From contig OZ251448.1 in assembly GCA_965242515.1 (NCBI GenBank), positions 163,117-227,116 on the forward strand: a DNA stretch of 64,000 bases, written 5' to 3'. Origin of the DNA: Bdellovibrionales bacterium (GTDB lineage: Bacteria > Bdellovibrionota > Bdellovibrionia > Bdellovibrionales > UBA1609). The notes under the pieces were generated by a model, which saw only the letters and a program-made list of their open reading frames with translations, had not been told where the DNA came from and did no database searches. A program made the position numbers and the translations under genes. Below, in pieces: positions 18,843 to 26,908 of the stretch; positions within the stretch are counted from its first letter, which is position 1; every line of letters begins with the position of its first letter.

Positions 18843-19226
18843 ATGTATAAAAAAGAAGTATGGTCTGCGGTTACTTTTTTAGCTTTTTACACTAGTTTAG
18901 TTTTTGCCGTTTTTGCTTGGATGTTAGGTGCTAAAATTGACCCTTTAGCACAGAACATAAACCGTATGGATCAGCGTATAGGTCGTGTAGAGCAACGGAT
19001 GGATAGTTTAGAGCAAAGGATAAACCTTGTAGAACAACGCATAGACCGTATGGAGGTAGAACAACAAAACTTTAAAGAAAGGATGACTCGCTTAGAATCT
19101 AACATGGTTCGTATGGAAGCTAAATTAGATAGAATTTTAATAGCCCAGAATGCCACCCGTAAAAAAAAGGGTAAAAAAGGGGCTAAGCTTAAGCTTTATA
19201 AGAGAAAAACCGCTAACATCAAATAA
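18843..19226 (+). CDS. membrane-anchored coiled-coil protein with 11-residue repeats
   Basis: 127 aa with one N-terminal TM helix (AVTFLAFYTSLVFAVFAWMLGA). It is followed by INRMDQRIGRVEQRMDSLEQRINLVEQRIDRME repeats and a Lys-rich tail. Confidence 0.55.
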   Translation: MYKKEVWSAVTFLAFYTSLVFAVFAWMLGAKIDPLAQNINRMDQRIGRVEQRMDSLEQRINLVEQRIDRMEVEQQNFKERMTRLESNMVRMEAKLDRILIAQNATRKKKGKKGAKLKLYKRKTANIK

Positions 19227-19346
19227 TTTGTTACTTTTAGATTTGTCACAACTTACTTAAAAGTGGCATGAGGTTTTTAAAAAAACCTTTAACACTGCCT
19301 TTATTTTTAAGCAATACAGGGTTTTAGCAATATGGAGCAAAATAAG

Positions 19347-19423
19347 TGGAGCGGGTAATGGGATTCGAACCCACGACCTCAACCTTGGCAAGGTTGCACT
19401 CTAGCCAACTGAGCTACACCCGC
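19347..19423 (-). tRNA. tRNA-Gly (GCC)
   Basis: The reverse complement is GCGGGTGTAGCTCAGTTGGCTAGAGTGCAACCTTGCCAAGGTTGAGGTCGTGGGTTCGAATCCCATTACCCGCTCCA. It folds as a cloverleaf with anticodon loop TTGCCAA and an encoded CCA. Confidence 0.93.
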
Positions 19424-19601
19424 AATGCATAAAGTACATTGTAGCACTTAAAATAGCATGGTTTAAGATAACATGATGCAAAAAACAGTGCAATAAAAAC
19501 ATCCATTCAGCACCATGAGGGGAGGGGCTTTTTTTAAAAGTTTTATGAGCAATCAACACTTGACTTAAATTTTTAAAAAACAGACACTAGAGCTTAGTAT
19601 T

Positions 19602-20597
19602 ATGCAGGTTCAAATTAAAGAATTTACAGGTCCTTTAGACCTGTTACTAAAGCTTATCCGTAGAGAAGAAATGGATATCTTAGACATAGATATTCACAAA
19701 ATCACTCATCAGTATTTAAGTTTTATAGAACAACATTCTATACCTGAATTAGATAGTGCGGGTCAATTTATTAGCTTGGCTGCGACTTTAATCTATATTA
19801 AGTCTAAAAATTTGGTAGCAACGGTCACGGAACTTAGCTCTGAAGAGCAAACCCCTTTAGAAGATACAACTATTGAAGAAGCTGACCCACAAAAAATGTT
19901 GGTTCAAAAACTACTCCGTTTGCAAAAAATCCAACATATATCTAAGCGTCTCAACCATTACGCACTTTTAGGAAGAGATGTGTGGAATAGAAACACCCTC
20001 GTCCCTCAAAATAACACTTACTTTTTGCAAAATACTAACACCATCTCAAACCACAAGGCGGGGTTAATACACGACAATAGTCTTGCAGAAAGTAGCTCTA
20101 CAGAAAATAACTCTGCAGAAAATAATAAAGACAGCTCCTCTTCTCACACTTCCCCCTCTCATTATAAAGAAAGCATTAAGCCACAAGCCTTGCTTAATTT
20201 ATTAAAAGCTTATTATCACACTACCCAGAAAAATCTTAAAAATCATATCCTACCCAGTCCGCAAGCACAGCCTTTTTTGTCGGACTGCATTACCACTTTA
20301 CATCCTCATTTATCTTTAGGGTCTGTATTGTCTTTCAGTGCTTTAGCTGGTATTATTGGGGGGCGTGGTTTTATGCAAGCCATTGTGCTTTTTTTATCTT
20401 TGTTAGAGTTAACACGTTTGGGGGTGGTTAGTTTGCATCAAGAAAAGGATTTTTCAAATATAATGATTTCTGTAGTAAAGCCAGTTAAAGATTTGGACTT
20501 TCGTTTTATGCGAGCAGAGGCATCATTTACACAAAAGCCAGTAGAGCCTATAGCTCACATTAAGCAAGATCGGGGAGGTACTCATGTTAGCACATAA
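19602..20597 (+). CDS. scpA: segregation and condensation protein A
   Basis: The N-terminus EFTGPLDLLLKLIRREEMDILDIDIHKITHQYL and the C-terminal winged-helix part (FLSLLELTRLGVVSLHQE) match ScpA. There is a low-complexity insertion (NSLAESSSTENNSAENNKDSSSSH). The gene overlaps scpB by 14 nt. Confidence 0.88.
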   Translation: MQVQIKEFTGPLDLLLKLIRREEMDILDIDIHKITHQYLSFIEQHSIPELDSAGQFISLAATLIYIKSKNLVATVTELSSEEQTPLEDTTIEEADPQKMLVQKLLRLQKIQHISKRLNHYALLGRDVWNRNTLVPQNNTYFLQNTNTISNHKAGLIHDNSLAESSSTENNSAENNKDSSSSHTSPSHYKESIKPQALLNLLKAYYHTTQKNLKNHILPSPQAQPFLSDCITTLHPHLSLGSVLSFSALAGIIGGRGFMQAIVLFLSLLELTRLGVVSLHQEKDFSNIMISVVKPVKDLDFRFMRAEASFTQKPVEPIAHIKQDRGGTHVST

Positions 20598-21300
20598 TGA
20601 TTTGATGTCTATTATAGAGAGTGTGTTATTTGCGGTGCAAAGACCTTTGTCGCTTAGGGATTTTTCTCGTCTTTTTTATGGAGAAAAGGTGAGTGTCAAA
20701 GATATTCAAAAAGCTTTAGGGGATTTAACTAAGAGATATGAGCTTCATAGTAGTGGTATTATTTTGCAAGAGGTTGCAGGGGCTTGGCAAATCAGAACTA
20801 AAGAGGAGAACAAACACTACATTCGGCGGTTAGTAAAGGGGCGGGGTTTTTATTTATCCAACCCAGCTATGGAGGTATTATCTATTGTAGCCTATCGTCA
20901 GCCTGTTTCTAAAATGAGCATTGACAATGTCAGAGGTGTGGAGTCGGGTCATTTATTAAGAACCTTAATCGAAAAAGACTTAGTGTGTTTTGGTCCTAAA
21001 AGTGATTTACCCGGAAAACCTGCTACCTACAAAACCACTGCACGATTTTTAGAAGTTTTTGGCTTAAAAAGTTTAAAAGAACTTCCCTCTTCTGATGATA
21101 TTGCAGACTTAATGCCTTCGGCAGATACGGATCTTGCATTAAACAACGACGAGGCATTAACATCTTCTTTACAGGTTGCAAAAAATTGGAGTGATCTAGA
21201 ATCGCAAAAAAGAGTGATTGACAAAGAGTGGCAAACTGTTTCTGAAAAAATACAATCAGTACCTACCACCACTCCTGTTATTAAAGAGCTAAATAAATGA
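20584..21300 (+). CDS. scpB: segregation and condensation protein B
   Basis: IIESVLFAVQRPLSL..., then GGAWQIRTK and YLSNPAMEVLSIVAYRQPVSKMSIDNVRGV (tandem winged-helix ScpB pattern). Confidence 0.88.
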   Translation: MLAHNDLMSIIESVLFAVQRPLSLRDFSRLFYGEKVSVKDIQKALGDLTKRYELHSSGIILQEVAGAWQIRTKEENKHYIRRLVKGRGFYLSNPAMEVLSIVAYRQPVSKMSIDNVRGVESGHLLRTLIEKDLVCFGPKSDLPGKPATYKTTARFLEVFGLKSLKELPSSDDIADLMPSADTDLALNNDEALTSSLQVAKNWSDLESQKRVIDKEWQTVSEKIQSVPTTTPVIKELNK

Positions 21301-22112
21301 AAAAAAAGAAAAAAAACATTATTAAAGACAACACTTTCATTCTGCCTTTTATAAAGGTATTGGTGTCGGTTTTTATTATGTATCATTTGTTAATGGTATT
21401 TTTTACACCACCCAGGCATTCTGTGGTGTATGATTTTTTTAAGCCTTATTTTCACTCTTACGCTCATTCTTTATCAATGGATAATTACCACATGCCTTAT
21501 ATGTTAGACCCTTTAGGCGACCATGACAACGACAATTCTTTTTTATCACATTATAGTTTTTACTTTCAATATAAAGTGATAAAAACCACCCCCCCTAAAA
21601 AAAGAAGAAAAACTAAAAGACGCAAAAGAAGTGTCAAAAAAAACTTTGCAGAGGTTTACCGTTGGCCTCCCACACGAAAGGAATCTAGAAGGGTGTTTTT
21701 TAACCACAATCGTTTAATGGTACACAGTCAGTTTTTTATTAATATGGTGGTAAGGGAAAGGTCGATTAGGCGGTATTTTTTACCTTATTTGTGTCGCTTG
21801 CATCCTTTAGCAAAGCGTATTTCTTTAAAAGTGGTTTTAGAAAAGCAGGAAAGAGTGTATAAGCCTCGCAGACTTATTCGTCGTCGGTATAAAAAATCGC
21901 CGGTACTGATGGTTTCCAGTCGTTGCTGGAGAGGCAAAACAGAGCGGGTTTTAAGTAGTGTAGGTTTAAGTAACGAGGTAGGGTTAGAAGATAGCCAACT
22001 GATAAAATCTCATCAATTAATAGAATCTCATTTAATAGAAGGGACAATGATAAAAACTAAAGAAACAGATAGTGAAACATATATAGAAAGCGATTTAGAA
22101 AATGAATTATAA
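21297..22112 (+). CDS. hypothetical basic membrane protein
   Basis: 271 aa. The ATGA overlap with the scpB stop suggests translational coupling. It has one N-terminal TM helix (FIKVLVSVFIMYHLLMVFF) and very basic stretches (KKRRKTKRRKRSVKK). I recognise no family. Confidence 0.5.
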   Translation: MKKKKKNIIKDNTFILPFIKVLVSVFIMYHLLMVFFTPPRHSVVYDFFKPYFHSYAHSLSMDNYHMPYMLDPLGDHDNDNSFLSHYSFYFQYKVIKTTPPKKRRKTKRRKRSVKKNFAEVYRWPPTRKESRRVFFNHNRLMVHSQFFINMVVRERSIRRYFLPYLCRLHPLAKRISLKVVLEKQERVYKPRRLIRRRYKKSPVLMVSSRCWRGKTERVLSSVGLSNEVGLEDSQLIKSHQLIESHLIEGTMIKTKETDSETYIESDLENEL

Positions 22113-22165
22113 AATAAATAATAAGGTGATTGATAAAATAAAGCAACAGCTAAGGGGATAAACGG

Positions 22166-23101
22166 ATGAAATTTTTAATAACCAGTGTGCGTAATTTAGT
22201 AAATATATGGAATCAGTTTTGGTTTAAACCATCTGACGCTTTCCCTTTAAGTTGTTTTAGGTCTTTTGTGTGCTTTTGTTTGTTTGTTTTTTATTCTATT
22301 CGGTTTTTTGACATTCGGATATTTTTTTACGAAACAGGTTTAATGACAGCACCTTTTGCTAAAATATTGCATGTGATGGAAAGTCGTTATGTGTTAAACT
22401 TTATATTATCTTCGGATGGTTTGCTTTATGCGTGTTATTTAGTATTTTTATTAGCGTTGTTGTTATTAGCTTTAGGTATAGGGGGACGTGTATTAGCTTT
22501 GGTGGCATTTATATTACACTTAGTGTTTTTACAAAGAAACCCCAGTATTGTTTATATCACTGACACAGTAGCAACATTTTGGTTGTTTTATTTAGTGCTA
22601 GCTAGTGGTAAACAAGAGATGAGGTGGGTAGATTTTTTTATAAGTTCTCGCAAGCGAGGTTTGGTGTCAGATAGGCGTCCTGCAGGGTCGTGGTGGAATA
22701 CGGTATCTATGCGATTGATACAAGTGCAACTTTGTGTGTTTTATTTTTTTTCAGGTTTAAGGAAGTTAGAAGGCAGTCGATCTTGGCAAGATGGTACGGC
22801 TTTAGTGGATGTATCGTTTTTTTATGATATGGCTATAGTGGATCCCACTTTTTGGTTACATATACCTATTATATCAGGCTTGCTTACTTGTTTTATTATT
22901 GCTTTTGAGTGGTATTTTCCTGTATTAATATGGCATGGTAAATTAAGAGGTGTGGTTATGGTGTTGGGTGTGTTGTTTCATTTATTATTGGCGTTTGGTT
23001 TAGGGCTTTATTTTTTATCGTTACTTATGTTATGTGCTTATGTGGTGTTTATCCCTCCTGCGATTTTAAGGCAGTTTTTTATCCGTTTTCAAAAAAAGTA
23101 A
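22166..23101 (+). CDS. HTTM (vitamin-K-carboxylase-like) domain membrane protein
   Basis: 311 aa and polytopic. The N-terminus FWFKPSDAFPLSCFRSF... and LGIGGRVLALVAFILHLVFLQRN match the HTTM domain pattern. Confidence 0.6.
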   Translation: MKFLITSVRNLVNIWNQFWFKPSDAFPLSCFRSFVCFCLFVFYSIRFFDIRIFFYETGLMTAPFAKILHVMESRYVLNFILSSDGLLYACYLVFLLALLLLALGIGGRVLALVAFILHLVFLQRNPSIVYITDTVATFWLFYLVLASGKQEMRWVDFFISSRKRGLVSDRRPAGSWWNTVSMRLIQVQLCVFYFFSGLRKLEGSRSWQDGTALVDVSFFYDMAIVDPTFWLHIPIISGLLTCFIIAFEWYFPVLIWHGKLRGVVMVLGVLFHLLLAFGLGLYFLSLLMLCAYVVFIPPAILRQFFIRFQKK

Positions 23102-23227
23102 AGTGATGGCTTTTTTAATGGCAGATTTTAATAGCATATTTTATATGGTATATTTTTAGTGCATAATAGTAAGATTTTGTATATGGTAGCAAGTTGTGTA
23201 TAATAGCGAGAGGGGGGTTATTTATGG

Positions 23228-23303
23228 GGGGATGTAGCTCAGTTGGTAGAGCATTTGATTTGCATTCAAGAGGTCGCAGGTTCGAATCCTGTCATCTCCA
23301 CCA
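23228..23303 (+). tRNA. tRNA-Ala (TGC)
   Basis: GGGGATGTAGCTCAGTTGGTAGAGCATTTGATTTGCATTCAAGAGGTCGCAGGTTCGAATCCTGTCATCTCCACCA. It has a G3:U70 identity pair and anticodon TGC. A TATAAT at 23199-23204 lies upstream. Confidence 0.93.
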
Positions 23304-23375
23304 CCATTATTTTTTATCTCATAAATTGTTTATCCCATAAATCAATAGCTTAAAACATTCTAAGAAGTAAAAAAA

Positions 23376-23449
23376 TGGAGGTGGTGGCCGGAATTGAACC
23401 GACGTAAACGGATTTGCAGTCCGCCACCTAACCACTCGGCCACACCACC
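23376..23449 (-). tRNA. tRNA-Cys (GCA)
   Basis: The reverse complement is GGTGGTGTGGCCGAGTGGTTAGGTGGCGGACTGCAAATCCGTTTACGTCGGTTCAATTCCGGCCACCACCTCCA. It has anticodon arm GCGGA-CTGCAAA-TCCGT and a U73 discriminator. Confidence 0.92.
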
Positions 23450-23495
23450 TTTATAGATTCCATCATTATAACATATTTTTCTCAACTCATGTGGA

Positions 23496-23984
23496 TTACA
23501 TGATGTCTTTTGAAGATAGCTCTTTTGGGAAAAAGGGGAAAAAAACCTCACACATATATCCGTGTTTTCTGTAAAATGCAAGGGATTCTTTTAAACTATC
23601 CATTTTTTCCTGATCTTTATTGCTTCTACAAAAACTGCTTGTGTGATAAGCAATACTGAATATACGACCATTAACAACTAACGCACACTTAAGAGGTTTT
23701 TTAGGCTGTTTGTTTGCTGAATACTGAAACTCGTAAAGGGTGATAAATTTCATGTTGGTATTCTTATTAGGATGCTCGCAGGTGTAGATGAGCCTTGTTT
23801 CTTCCACAATGTCTGGCATATTCTCTGCCATATCTATAGTGCTTTCTAACCGGCACGAATGGTAATCTGTAAAATCCGGATCACACACTTTAGTCTCCGT
23901 GGTACTACTTTCACTAACTAAAATGGGACGGGCATAACTAAGAAATCCCACCGCATTTAAAATAATAAATAAAATAATCTTCAT
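23496..23984 (-). CDS. secreted Cys-rich hypothetical protein
   Basis: 162 aa with a signal peptide (MKIILFIILNAVGFLSYA/RP) and 7 Cys in the mature part. I recognise no family. Confidence 0.5.
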   Translation of the reverse strand: MKIILFIILNAVGFLSYARPILVSESSTTETKVCDPDFTDYHSCRLESTIDMAENMPDIVEETRLIYTCEHPNKNTNMKFITLYEFQYSANKQPKKPLKCALVVNGRIFSIAYHTSSFCRSNKDQEKMDSLKESLAFYRKHGYMCEVFFPFFPKELSSKDIM

Positions 23985-24028
23985 TTTTTTATGCTCCTTT
24001 AAAATGGTTTATTTAATGTTAAATTAAC

Positions 24029-25063
24029 TTATTTCCCGTATACTTTGTTGTTGTTTGTATTATTATAAAAAGAACGGTTATTGTAAGGTAGAGTTTTGTA
24101 TTTTGTACGTAAATTAAAAGCAGGGTCGTGGCTAATGTCCACTATTGTTTGTAGTTTATCTCTATGTTGGCGACAGTGTTCAGCTCTTTCATCGTCATTT
24201 ATACGGTTGAGTAAGCATTGTTTCATATTTTCTATCCGTTTTGTTTCTATAGGTATGATAGTTTCTGCAAGGTTAAGACCTGTATCACATACAGCTTGTT
24301 GGTAATTGTAGACATAAGTTTTGTGTTCTCCCCATATATTAATAGGAGGGAGTGTTTTACAAATGCGTGCTGTGTGTAGCATTTTATGCAGTAAAGGTAA
24401 AGTTTGATTTTGCGAATGGACATTATTTTTAACTACTTTATACAAAGTATTGCCATAAGCTATGTAATACATACTAATGAGATTTTCGATACTTTGGACA
24501 CTAATGTAATAGTTTTGTTCATAAATATAATTTGAAGTATTGGGATAGTTAGAAGATACCATAAGCTCTAATAGTTTTTCAAAATGCTGTATAGCAAGAC
24601 CTAGGCTTACGGGATCATCTGTTACATAATGATTTTTAAAAGTATATTTTGTTTTATAACCATGTGCCATTAGGAACACAGCTGGTATATGATCCTTTTC
24701 AACAGCTGATTTAATGTAGTTTAACCCTTCTTCCAACTGACCATGGCAAATAGTAGCTTGCCCTAAGTCTAATAGTACTTGGGGTAGCTCCGGGTACAAT
24801 CTATGGTAGTTTTTCAAATAATGATACTGATCGGTATCCATATATAGATAACAGTCCAACATTTCATAACGGGTCCGGGTATTTAGTGGGTTGTCAGAAC
24901 TAATGTCTATTTCAGGTTGGATGCGGGGTTTAGGAGTGGTAGTGTGTGTGCCAGCTTTTACCACTGTGGGCAATAGGCTATAACCTACACTCCCTATAAG
25001 TAAAAAGGCTTCTAATAAGCACCAGCTTAATAAAAATGTAACAGAAAAAGGTTTATGAGGCAT
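24029..25063 (-). CDS. hypothetical exported/membrane-anchored helical protein
   Basis: 344 aa with an N-terminal hydrophobic segment (FSVTFLLSWCLLEAFLLIGSVG). One segment is weakly TPR/Sel1-like (LDLGQATICHGQLEEGLNYIKSAVEKDHIPAVFLMAHGY). Confidence 0.45.
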   Translation of the reverse strand: MPHKPFSVTFLLSWCLLEAFLLIGSVGYSLLPTVVKAGTHTTTPKPRIQPEIDISSDNPLNTRTRYEMLDCYLYMDTDQYHYLKNYHRLYPELPQVLLDLGQATICHGQLEEGLNYIKSAVEKDHIPAVFLMAHGYKTKYTFKNHYVTDDPVSLGLAIQHFEKLLELMVSSNYPNTSNYIYEQNYYISVQSIENLISMYYIAYGNTLYKVVKNNVHSQNQTLPLLHKMLHTARICKTLPPINIWGEHKTYVYNYQQAVCDTGLNLAETIIPIETKRIENMKQCLLNRINDDERAEHCRQHRDKLQTIVDISHDPAFNLRTKYKTLPYNNRSFYNNTNNNKVYGK

Positions 25064-25229
25064 TTTTTACAATCTCCTTATTGTTAAAGTTGCATAAAAT
25101 ATACCTTAATAGTAAAAAATTTGCTATATTTTACAGTATATGATGTAAAGTTTATCTTAACTGTTTATTTTTTTTACACTATGTGAGAATCTAGACTTAA
25201 TGCGAGAAACAAGGCTTGCCAAACTAGTT

Positions 25230-26819
25230 TTAGATAGATGTGGGTAAGCAGGAGTGTAGACATTCTTGGTTTTTCAGGTGGATTTCTTTATCTCTGCAAG
25301 CAGGGTCACCGGTAAGGTGTCTTAAAATTTTTATCTGCGGGCTATATGGAGGCTGATTCATACCAAATTGTTTATAACATAAATTCGTTGCTACTTGTTG
25401 CATGCCTTGCCCTAAAGGGCTGTGGGCATCAAAAGCTTGTGCAAAATGCATGCGATTGATACCTATGTCATTGTGTGCACTACTTTGTATAATAGAAAAG
25501 TTAAATTTTGTAGGATCTATTTTATGCCCATGGCATTCATTAAAATGATGAATGGTAGACAAATTAAAAGGGTCTGATCCTACTTTTTCTACAATAGCGA
25601 TATGCTCGTGAGAGGCAATAATATCGCCTGATTTTAAAGGGTTAGTTAAAGATAATGTTTGTGTACGCAAGCAAGATAAATTGTACTCGTTTGCTTTTTT
25701 AAACATAGCCACATTGATACCTTTTATATGAATAGGGCGAATAGAAACATTTTTTTTAAGCTTCAAACCTGAAGTAGCTAAAGCTGTTGCCACAAAACCA
25801 GAGCAATCTATCCCTAAATCCAAAGACCCCGAGCCGGCATTTTTAAATAAATTGATGGACTTACCACTAATAGCAGGTTTGCCACCAAAATCGTAAATTA
25901 AGGGGCTGGCATAGATATTAAAGCACGCCATAGAATTAGGAGTTATTTTTTGACTAATATAATAATGTGATTGGTTGAGGGCAGGTAGGTTCACAATGTT
26001 TCGTCTCCAACCACCTAGAGGGTGTTGGCTTAGTATTTGCACTCCTTTTGTGGGGTGGTGAGTGGGCATGTGATCTATATTCAATACAGAGCAACTTTGG
26101 TAAGCCGTAGCCATGACTTTAAAAGCCCCATACACCACAGGATGATAGTGTTGTTGAAAGTGGTCGAAAAAAGGAATACCCCAAGTGTTTTTAAAAGGTG
26201 TTAGTTTTTTAGCATTTTTTGCCATGTTTTGTGTTGTGTTCCGGTCACTCAAAATTTTTGGTTCAGAAGGGCTTAAACAATTTTGATTGAGCTTTTTTGC
26301 ATAGTGGTTAAGTTTTGTAAAAGTGTGTTGCAATTTGGTGATAAAAGCTTTGTGTTCATGGTGGATTACTCCATGCTCTAATTGCACTAAAATTTCTGTC
26401 GCTGTGTTTTTTTTCTTTTTTTGCATAAACTCCGTAATATGGGCATAAATTTCTACAAACCGCATAGCAAATTGTTTGATGATGTCTTGAGAAATGTTGG
26501 GTCTTGCAATTTGTGCTTGCACTTGTTGCATGATTTTTTCTTTCACCACATAGTAGGGGGGAGGTTTGCCTTTTTCTATAGAAACAATTTTGTAAATGTA
26601 ACTCCAAACATGGTAAGAAAAATCCTCACAAGCTGTGTGTTCTAATAAATTGTGGAAAACCACCTCTTCAGAAAAATCTTCAGAGTTTTTTAAAGGGTCA
26701 TAAGCTAGCTCATCATTAAAAAGAGCAGGGTTGTTGCAAGAGACGAACCACAACACCATACCCATAGATAAAATTCCTATAAAAAACCAGTATTTAGTCT
26801 GTATTATATATTTATTCAT
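25230..26819 (-). CDS. lipoprotein with C-terminal NlpC/P60 (C40 peptidase)-like domain
   Basis: 529 aa with the signal/lipobox MGMVLWFVSC. The C-terminal half has GIDCSGFVATAL (catalytic Cys context) and GDIIASHEHIAIVEKVG (His context). The N-terminal 300 aa match nothing I recognise. Confidence 0.6.
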   Translation of the reverse strand: MNKYIIQTKYWFFIGILSMGMVLWFVSCNNPALFNDELAYDPLKNSEDFSEEVVFHNLLEHTACEDFSYHVWSYIYKIVSIEKGKPPPYYVVKEKIMQQVQAQIARPNISQDIIKQFAMRFVEIYAHITEFMQKKKKNTATEILVQLEHGVIHHEHKAFITKLQHTFTKLNHYAKKLNQNCLSPSEPKILSDRNTTQNMAKNAKKLTPFKNTWGIPFFDHFQQHYHPVVYGAFKVMATAYQSCSVLNIDHMPTHHPTKGVQILSQHPLGGWRRNIVNLPALNQSHYYISQKITPNSMACFNIYASPLIYDFGGKPAISGKSINLFKNAGSGSLDLGIDCSGFVATALATSGLKLKKNVSIRPIHIKGINVAMFKKANEYNLSCLRTQTLSLTNPLKSGDIIASHEHIAIVEKVGSDPFNLSTIHHFNECHGHKIDPTKFNFSIIQSSAHNDIGINRMHFAQAFDAHSPLGQGMQQVATNLCYKQFGMNQPPYSPQIKILRHLTGDPACRDKEIHLKNQECLHSCLPTSI

Positions 26820-26908
26820 CGCTGATTATTTTATCGGTGATTCTGAAGGCAGATTATAGTTTTTTTTCATTGACCATCGTTTTGCTTTATCGTTATAACC
26901 TTGTAGCT

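Noticed and set aside
23360-23581. 73-aa ORF on the minus strand
   Set aside because: It overlaps the well-folded tRNA-Cys (23376-23449) on the same strand and so is spurious.
25129-25149. TTTACA-N9-TGTAAA upstream of gene 24029..25063 as an eighth member of the palindromic box set
   Set aside because: The half-sites are everted with a 9-nt gap, it lacks the GGG flank, and the gene is not an ANK/HEAT protein. In AT-rich DNA these hexamers are common. It is mentioned only as a weak variant.
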